Source: an uncultured Brachyspira sp.
GTDB taxonomy: Bacteria; Spirochaetota; JAAYUW01
DNA length: 64,000 bases
Assembly: GCA_964581895.1 (NCBI GenBank)
Contig: CAZOPR010000004.1
Location: 170,517-234,516, forward strand
Direction: 5' to 3'
In this document: piece by piece, positions 58,275 to 64,000 of the stretch
Numbering within the stretch: the stretch's first letter is position 1
Layout: each line of letters begins with the position of its first letter
Notes under the pieces: model-generated
What the model saw: only the letters and a program-made list of their open reading frames with translations
Databases searched by the model: none
What the model was told of the DNA's origin: nothing
Position numbers and translations under genes: made by a program

Positions 58275-58826
58275 ATGGAAAAAGTTCTTATTAATCATAA
58301 AAATTATTTATGCTTAAGAAACAAAATTTTAAGTTCCAGAGAAAATCAATATAAAAAAATACTTAAATATTTTCAAGAAGAAGAAGATTTTGATTATATA
58401 ATTATTTCAATTAGTCTTAATATTAAAGGTTTTCCAAAATTTCATTCGGCTTTTACCGAAATACTAAAATATATTATAAAATTTTATGAAAATTATTTTA
58501 GTCCTTATAATATTAAAAGCTATAAGATGTTTACTGGAATAAGTGGAGAATCTTTACTTATAAAGATAAAAGCCGAACCAATGATTACAAAACAGATAAC
58601 ATATAATCTTGAAAAAAAATTTAGATTTTTAGATATAGATATTTATACAAAGAAAAGAATGATTTCCTCTTCTTTGATTGGGCTAAAAAAGAAAAGATGC
58701 ATAATATGTAATGATGAATATGATATCTGTCGATTTAAAGATAAACATACAGTAAGACAGCTTAGAAAAAAAGTTAATCAGTTAATAAAACAGTTTATAT
58801 TAAATCTTAATAATAATTTTAGTTGA
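58275..58826 (+). CDS. CitX/MdcG-family phosphoribosyl-dephospho-CoA transferase-like protein, orphan
   Basis: RFLDIDIYTKKRMISSSLIGLKKKRCIICNDEYDICRFKDKHTVRQLRKKVNQL aligns with E. coli CitX [53 protein letters not shown]. Confidence 0.6.
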   Translation: MEKVLINHKNYLCLRNKILSSRENQYKKILKYFQEEEDFDYIIISISLNIKGFPKFHSAFTEILKYIIKFYENYFSPYNIKSYKMFTGISGESLLIKIKAEPMITKQITYNLEKKFRFLDIDIYTKKRMISSSLIGLKKKRCIICNDEYDICRFKDKHTVRQLRKKVNQLIKQFILNLNNNFS

Positions 58827-59181
58827 TTTTAGGGAAGATTATCTTTTTTGATTTAATGAATAAAAAAACAAAAGCTATAAGCAAAAAAAAACCTATTAAT
58901 GGGTATTTATTTGCAAACATCACTATAAAAAAGAATAAAAGTAAAAAAATAAAGTAAAAAACAATAGATTTAATATATCTATAAAAAAGGAAGATACAGA
59001 AAAGAATAGAAAGAGAAATAGCAACAATATTAAATAAAGGTATTTTCAATATCGAAATTTCTGTTTTTGAAAGATAATAAAATGAAATTGTAAATAAGGA
59101 AATTATAAAGAAAACTAAGATTATTATAAAAATATAGAAAAAAGATTCATTTTCAAAATTGAAAAATTTCCTTTTCATCAT
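58819..59181 (-). CDS. small hypothetical polytopic membrane protein
   Basis: 120 aa with 3-4 hydrophobic helices. It overlaps the citX-like stop by 8 nt. Confidence 0.45.
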   Translation of the reverse strand: MMKRKFFNFENESFFYIFIIILVFFIISLFTISFYYLSKTEISILKIPLFNIVAISLSILFCIFLFYRYIKSIVFYFIFLLLFFFIVMFANKYPLIGFFLLIAFVFLFIKSKKIIFPKIN

Positions 59182-59260
59182 TTTATTGCCTTCTAATCTA
59201 ATTTTTGTTTAATTATCTTTATACAAACATCTTCACTAAACAATCTTTATTTAATTATTA

Positions 59261-61090
59261 TTATTCAACAGTTACTGATTTCGCTAAATTTCTTGGTTTA
59301 TCTACATCTAGTCCCCTTCTAACAGCAACATAATATGCAAAAAGCTGAAGTGGGATTATATTAAGAATAGGAGCCAAAACTGGTAATGTATTTGGAACAT
59401 AAATAACATGATCTACAGTTTTGTGTATCTCTTTATCATCTTCATTTGCTATGGCAATAACCCTGCCTTTTCTTGCTTTTACTTCTTTAATATTATTTAT
59501 AACTTTATCATAAAGAAAATCCTTAGTGGCTATAACAAATACTGGCATATTTTCATCTATTAAGGCTATCGGTCCATGTTTCATTTCAGCTGCGGGATAA
59601 CCTTCGGCATGTATATATGAAATCTCTTTAAGTTTTAAAGCTCCTTCTAATGCTACTGGATAGTTTATTCCTCTACCTAAAAAAAGTGCATTATTTGCTT
59701 TATAAAACTGTTCCGCAATATTTTGAATAAAAGTTGAGTTATGCAGTATCTTTTCAACTTTCTCTGGAAGTAAAGATAATTCTTTTAAGATATTATAAGC
59801 TTCTTCAAATGATACTCTACCAATAAGTCTTCCAATAAATATTGATACTAAGGTAAGGACACTTACCTGTGATGTAAATGCTTTAGTTGATGCAACACCT
59901 ATTTCTGGTCCAGCATGCAAATAAACACCTGATGCAGTTTCTCTCGCTATTGTAGAGTTTACAACATTACAAATACCAAGGCATGTAGCTTCTCTTCTCT
60001 TAGCTTCTCTTAAAGCAGCAATGGTATCTGCTGTTTCACCAGATTGAGAGATAAAAAAACATATAGTAGAATCATCTATATAAGTATTTTTATATCTCAT
60101 CTCTGATGCATATTCAACTTTGACATTTGTTCTAACAAAACTATTGAATAAATATTCACCAATTATTGCAGCATGCCAGGATGTCCCACAGCCAGCCAAA
60201 ATGTAATTCTTCGCTTTTTTGATCTTATCTACAACAGCATAAAGACCATCAAGTCTCACATTTGCTTCTTCAAAGTTTAATCTTCCTCTAACAGCGTTAG
60301 ATATAGTATGAGGTTGTTCAAAGATTTCCTTTAACATATAATGGGGGAAATCGCTCATCTCAATATTTTGTAAATCTGCTTCAATCTGAACAATCTGCTT
60401 TTCTAGTTTTTGATTTTGAAATGATACAAATTTATATGAATCCTTTTTTAATATTACTACTTCTTCCTCGTTTACATAAATAATATTGTTAGTAAATGAA
60501 GTTATAGCATTTACATCTGATGCAAGAAAATTTTCACCATTTCCAATCCCAACAACAAGTGGGGAACCTTTTTTTGCAGCAATTATTGTATCTGGATGAT
60601 CTTTATGTAGAATTGCAAAAGCAAAAGAGCCCACACATTCTTTTAATGAAAGTAAGACAGCTTCTAAAAAATCCCCTTTATAATTTGACTCTATTAGATG
60701 TGCAAAAACCTCTGTATCAGTTTCAGAAATAAATTTATGACCTTTTTCTATAAGATATTTTTTTAATATGTTATAATTTTCAATTATTCCATTATGAACA
60801 ACTGCTATTTTTGAACTGCAATCTTTATGTGGATGAGCATTAATTTCAGTAGGCTCACCATGTGTAGCCCATCTTGTATGAGCAATACCTGTAAAAAAGT
60901 TATCTTCAATATCTGTAACCTTATTTTCAAGATTTTGAACTTTACCAACAGATTTTTTGATTATAATCTCTTTATCATTTAATAAAGCTATACCTGCAGA
61001 ATCATAACCTCTGTATTCAAGTCTTTTAAGTCCATTTATCAATATTTCCTTGGCATCCTGCTTTCCAATATAACCTACTATTCCGCACAT
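59261..61090 (-). CDS. glmS: glutamine--fructose-6-phosphate aminotransferase (isomerizing)
   Basis: MCGIVGYIG N-terminal nucleophile Cys; SIS domains; C-terminal ...KSVTVE. Confidence 0.92.
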   Translation of the reverse strand: MCGIVGYIGKQDAKEILINGLKRLEYRGYDSAGIALLNDKEIIIKKSVGKVQNLENKVTDIEDNFFTGIAHTRWATHGEPTEINAHPHKDCSSKIAVVHNGIIENYNILKKYLIEKGHKFISETDTEVFAHLIESNYKGDFLEAVLLSLKECVGSFAFAILHKDHPDTIIAAKKGSPLVVGIGNGENFLASDVNAITSFTNNIIYVNEEEVVILKKDSYKFVSFQNQKLEKQIVQIEADLQNIEMSDFPHYMLKEIFEQPHTISNAVRGRLNFEEANVRLDGLYAVVDKIKKAKNYILAGCGTSWHAAIIGEYLFNSFVRTNVKVEYASEMRYKNTYIDDSTICFFISQSGETADTIAALREAKRREATCLGICNVVNSTIARETASGVYLHAGPEIGVASTKAFTSQVSVLTLVSIFIGRLIGRVSFEEAYNILKELSLLPEKVEKILHNSTFIQNIAEQFYKANNALFLGRGINYPVALEGALKLKEISYIHAEGYPAAEMKHGPIALIDENMPVFVIATKDFLYDKVINNIKEVKARKGRVIAIANEDDKEIHKTVDHVIYVPNTLPVLAPILNIIPLQLFAYYVAVRRGLDVDKPRNLAKSVTVE

Positions 61091-61175
61091 ACTATTATCT
61101 CCAATATATTTTGAATTTTCTTTAATTTAACATTTACTTAGTATTTTACAATTAAGTTATTTAAGTTAAACTTTT

Positions 61176-62030
61176 TTAATTTTGAGTAGCTGCTTTTTTA
61201 TTGAAAAAATCGGACAAAAAGTTTTTTAAGTCCTCTTTATGAATAGGCTTTGTAAGATAAGCTTTAGCTCCTAAATTAAGGCAGGTATCTTTAGTAAACT
61301 TATCTGATAAAGCGGATAGGACAACTATATCTATATCTTTTCCAGCTCTTTTAATCACTTCCTGCCCAGAGATTCCAGACATCATTAGATCTAATATCAT
61401 CAAATCAAAATATTTATTCTCAACAAGTTTTAATGCATCATATCCATTGAAAACAGATTCAACATCATAACCTAAAATCATTAACTCTAATTTATGCATA
61501 TCATTTATATCTGGATCATCTTCCACAAGTAATATAAATTTACCTTTTTTTGAAATAGAGGATGAATTTAAGCTACTTTTATATTTTGAAACATACTCTT
61601 TGACCAGTTTTCGATAGGTTGGAATATTTTCTTTTTCAAATTCAGATTCAATCTTGAATTTTAATTCTGATGTATAATTTTTAACTTCAAGTTCCTTTTT
61701 AAATTCGGGGGAAGAAGAATCAACAGCAATATATTCTGAATGTCTATCGATATAAAAACCAAATTCATCTGTAAAAGCAGCTTTTTCATAAACAAGCTTC
61801 AAAAAAGGATACTTTGAAGAACCAAGCTGCAACTTATAAGAAGGAGATCCATTAAATGATTCATACTTAAAATTATTTAAAGCTTCATTTATTGATTGAC
61901 TATTTAATATAGGATCCAGCTTTGTCTTAGTGATCTGTGGTATCTGGTCATTTTCATAAGCGATTTTTAAGTAAATTTCAATTGCTTTTGTCAAAGTTTG
62001 TAAATCTATATTGAACTGATATTTGTCCAT
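61176..62030 (-). CDS. response-regulator receiver domain protein (receiver domain at the C-terminus, N-terminal domain unknown)
   Basis: ILLVEDDPDIN...LMILDLMMSG...LTKP: acidic pocket, phospho-Asp and the conserved Lys are all present. Confidence 0.7.
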   Translation of the reverse strand: MDKYQFNIDLQTLTKAIEIYLKIAYENDQIPQITKTKLDPILNSQSINEALNNFKYESFNGSPSYKLQLGSSKYPFLKLVYEKAAFTDEFGFYIDRHSEYIAVDSSSPEFKKELEVKNYTSELKFKIESEFEKENIPTYRKLVKEYVSKYKSSLNSSSISKKGKFILLVEDDPDINDMHKLELMILGYDVESVFNGYDALKLVENKYFDLMILDLMMSGISGQEVIKRAGKDIDIVVLSALSDKFTKDTCLNLGAKAYLTKPIHKEDLKNFLSDFFNKKAATQN

Positions 62031-62137
62031 ATTTACCTTTTTTACAGACTATATATATAATAAAATAAATTTATAATAAAATCAAAATTATAATTCAAAA
62101 AAAAAGGGCTATCCTTGGTTTAAGGAGAGCCCCTAAT

Positions 62138-62209
62138 GCCGAGAGGTGGAATCGAACCGCCGACACAAGGATTTTCAGTCCTTTGCTCTACCGACTGAGC
62201 TATCTCGGC
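62138..62209 (-). tRNA. tRNA-Phe (GAA), with no encoded CCA
   Basis: Minus-strand read: GCCGAGATAGCTCAGTCGGTAGAGCAAAGGACTGAAAATCCTTGTGTCGGCGGTTCGATTCCACCTCTCGGCA. It has a 7-bp acceptor stem and GAA in the anticodon loop. Confidence 0.9.
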
Positions 62210-62570
62210 TTACGAAATGCAAAATATCATTTGGTTCCAAATTGTCAATAAATTTTTTTAAACTTTGTGTTTTGTCGTATATTTCATACCATAGACTTTG
62301 AATTTCAGCTATCTTTTGCGTCTTTGTATTGTTAAATTTGGATAAAAAATAGTCATTTATTCCTTTTATAGACAGTTTATCAATATATACAAGTTTCTTA
62401 ATTATTTTTATTTTTTTTATATCTTGACTTGTATAAATACGATGGCCAAATTTGTTTTTCTTTGGTTTCAATGCAATTATCCCTTCTTCCCAACTTCTCA
62501 AAGTGTGAGGCTTCAGTTCACAAATTTTGCAGACCTCTGAAATAGAATAATAAATCTTATCCTTTTCCAT
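62175..62570 (-). CDS. MerR-family transcriptional regulator (its C-terminal codons overlap the tRNA-Phe gene)
   Basis: YSISEVCKICELKPHTLRSWEEGII is a MerR-type HTH. The last 11 codons or so run into the tRNA sequence. Confidence 0.6.
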   Translation of the reverse strand: MEKDKIYYSISEVCKICELKPHTLRSWEEGIIALKPKKNKFGHRIYTSQDIKKIKIIKKLVYIDKLSIKGINDYFLSKFNNTKTQKIAEIQSLWYEIYDKTQSLKKFIDNLEPNDILHFVSRDSSVGRAKD

Positions 62571-62639
62571 ACCTTTTTCTTCTTTTGACTTTTATTAACT
62601 TATAATATACCAGATAAAAAATTAAATTATATAAAAATT

Positions 62640-63269
62640 TTACTTTTTATTATTTTTTAATGTAAATTTATTTTCAGTTGAGTTTAAAAGTCTTTTTATA
62701 TTTTCTTTATGCCTTATTATAACAATAAAACCTATCAAAACAATCGAACAAATTATATAAAATGATTTTATCAGAAAAAAAGATGAGACTATGATAGTTA
62801 TAACTGCAAATATTGAACCAAGTGAAATATATTTTGAAATAAGAACTGTTATTAAGAAAATAGCAAAAGATACAGCAACTCCTATAGGATTTAAAAATAA
62901 CATTATTCCAAGACCTGTTGCCACACCTTTCCCACCTTTAAATCTTAAAAATGGATTAAATGTGTTTCCACATAATATGACTACTGCTATAATGGACCTG
63001 CTTAAATCCAAACTTAAAAATTGCGGCGAAATGGAAAAGTAATTTGAAATAGATTTAAATAAAAATAAAGGTAAAAAAGCTTTCAAGGAGTCAATAAATA
63101 GTGTAATAGCACCAAATATAGGACCAAGAGATCTTGTTACATTTGTTGCACCAATATTTTTTGATCCCTGACTCCTAATATCAACCTTTTTAATTTTTCC
63201 AATAATAAGACCGGTTGGAATTGCTCCAATTAAAAAAGAGATTAATAAATAAATAATAAAAAAAATCAT
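62640..63269 (-). CDS. plsY: glycerol-3-phosphate acyltransferase (acyl-phosphate dependent)
   Basis: GSKNIGATNVTR motif and a polytopic 209-aa protein. It lies downstream of der, as in many bacteria. Confidence 0.85.
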   Translation of the reverse strand: MIFFIIYLLISFLIGAIPTGLIIGKIKKVDIRSQGSKNIGATNVTRSLGPIFGAITLFIDSLKAFLPLFLFKSISNYFSISPQFLSLDLSRSIIAVVILCGNTFNPFLRFKGGKGVATGLGIMLFLNPIGVAVSFAIFLITVLISKYISLGSIFAVITIIVSSFFLIKSFYIICSIVLIGFIVIIRHKENIKRLLNSTENKFTLKNNKK

Positions 63270-63274
63270 AATAG

Positions 63275-64000
63275 TTATTCCTGATTTTTATTTTTTCTTT
63301 TTTCATATTTTATTCTAATAGGTATTGATTCTAAATTCAACTGTTTTCTTAGCTCATTTATTATGTATTGGGTATAATATGATGGTATTTCTTTACTTTC
63401 TTTATTTGTAAAAATCTTATAAATTCTGGGGATATCTTTTGCCTGAACCATATATAAAAGATTCAAAAAAGAGGAATTTATTAAGATAGGTTTTATTTCT
63501 GATATTCTTTCAATAACTTTATTTAGTTGTGAAGTTTTATGTTCAAGTTTAATTCTGGTAAATAAATCAAGGCAGTAGTCAAGTAATAAATTTACATTAA
63601 AATTATTTTTAGCACTTATGAAAAATTTTTTAACATAAGAAATTTGAGGGAATTGATAACTAATTGTTTCATCTAATTTTTCATATGTTTGATTAATTTT
63701 TGCATTATCTTTTAATTCATCAAGTTTTTCAAAATCTTTAATAAGTAAATCTATTTTATTTAAAGCCAGGATATAACCTTTACCTTTATTTATTATATAA
63801 TCTGATATTTTTTTATCCTGTGATGTTATTAAATCATTAGATTCAACAAGATGAATCACTATGTCGCTATTGTTTATTGCATCAAAGCTTCTTTTTATGC
63901 AGTAATATTCAAGATCTGTGTCAATTTTGCTTTTTTTTCTTATCCCAGCGGTATCGACTAAGATGATCTGCTGCCCTTTATAATTGATAAGAGTTTCTAT
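63275..64000 (-). CDS. der: ribosome-biogenesis GTPase Der/EngA, C-terminal part. The gene continues past the window end.
   Basis: Upstream frame reads IILVDTAGIRKK...; then LALNKIDLL (the second G-domain NKxD) and a KH-like C-terminus. Confidence 0.75.
   Translation of the reverse strand: METLINYKGQQIILVDTAGIRKKSKIDTDLEYYCIKRSFDAINNSDIVIHLVESNDLITSQDKKISDYIINKGKGYILALNKIDLLIKDFEKLDELKDNAKINQTYEKLDETISYQFPQISYVKKFFISAKNNFNVNLLLDYCLDLFTRIKLEHKTSQLNKVIERISEIKPILINSSFLNLLYMVQAKDIPRIYKIFTNKESKEIPSYYTQYIINELRKQLNLESIPIRIKYEKRKNKNQE

Noticed and set aside
55156-59260. Intact Tn7-like element at the glmS 3' end
   Set aside because: No TnsA/B/C/D-like ORFs, no recognisable 22-bp end repeats, and no target-site duplication that I could see. 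At most a remnant or unrelated accessory insertion (reported as a finding with that caveat).

Overview
This is an AT-rich window (roughly 28-32% GC by eye) that is densely coding on both strands and looks like chromosomal sequence from an anaerobic, diderm bacterium that ferments amino acids. I could support about 58 genes and RNA features.

Core functions:
- Cell envelope: murD (partial), glmS, plsY, der (partial), lgt, and pbpC with a thioester-type alpha-2-macroglobulin.
- Translation and RNA: tyrS, cca and a tRNA-Phe.
- Chaperones: groES and an Hsp20.
- Other housekeeping: pyrF (type 2), glgB and a phospho-sugar mutase.

Metabolic modules:
- A three-gene anaerobic GlpA-like oxidoreductase operon (FAD oxidoreductase with a BFD domain, pyridine-nucleotide oxidoreductase, DUF1667).
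- Lysine-fermentation enzymes in separate patches. The B12-dependent lysine 5,6-aminomutase kamDE sits with a coupled class-V aminotransferase. A kal-kce pair and buk lie elsewhere.

Regulatory and transport features:
- A clear cobalamin riboswitch controls a surface lipoprotein, a TonB and a BtuB-type TonB-dependent receptor.
- A c-di-GMP signalling patch holds a ComFB-like protein translationally coupled to an HD-GYP phosphodiesterase, plus two tandem CheX-like/pseudo-receiver/PilZ paralogs, one of which is a decayed pseudogene.
- A GldA/F/G-like ABC system with its DUF4340 partner is present.

Most unusual content:
- A low-density, accessory-looking patch lies just downstream of glmS. It holds a bacterial EndoQ homolog, an orphan CitX/MdcG-like transferase, and a 1.1 kb non-coding stretch.
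- A 16-bp tandem repeat array sits in the GlpA-operon promoter.
- The A2M has a Tyr/Asp-rich low-complexity insert.

I found no CRISPR array, intact mobile element or recognisable defence island. All calls rest on reading the sequence and recalling motifs, with no database search.
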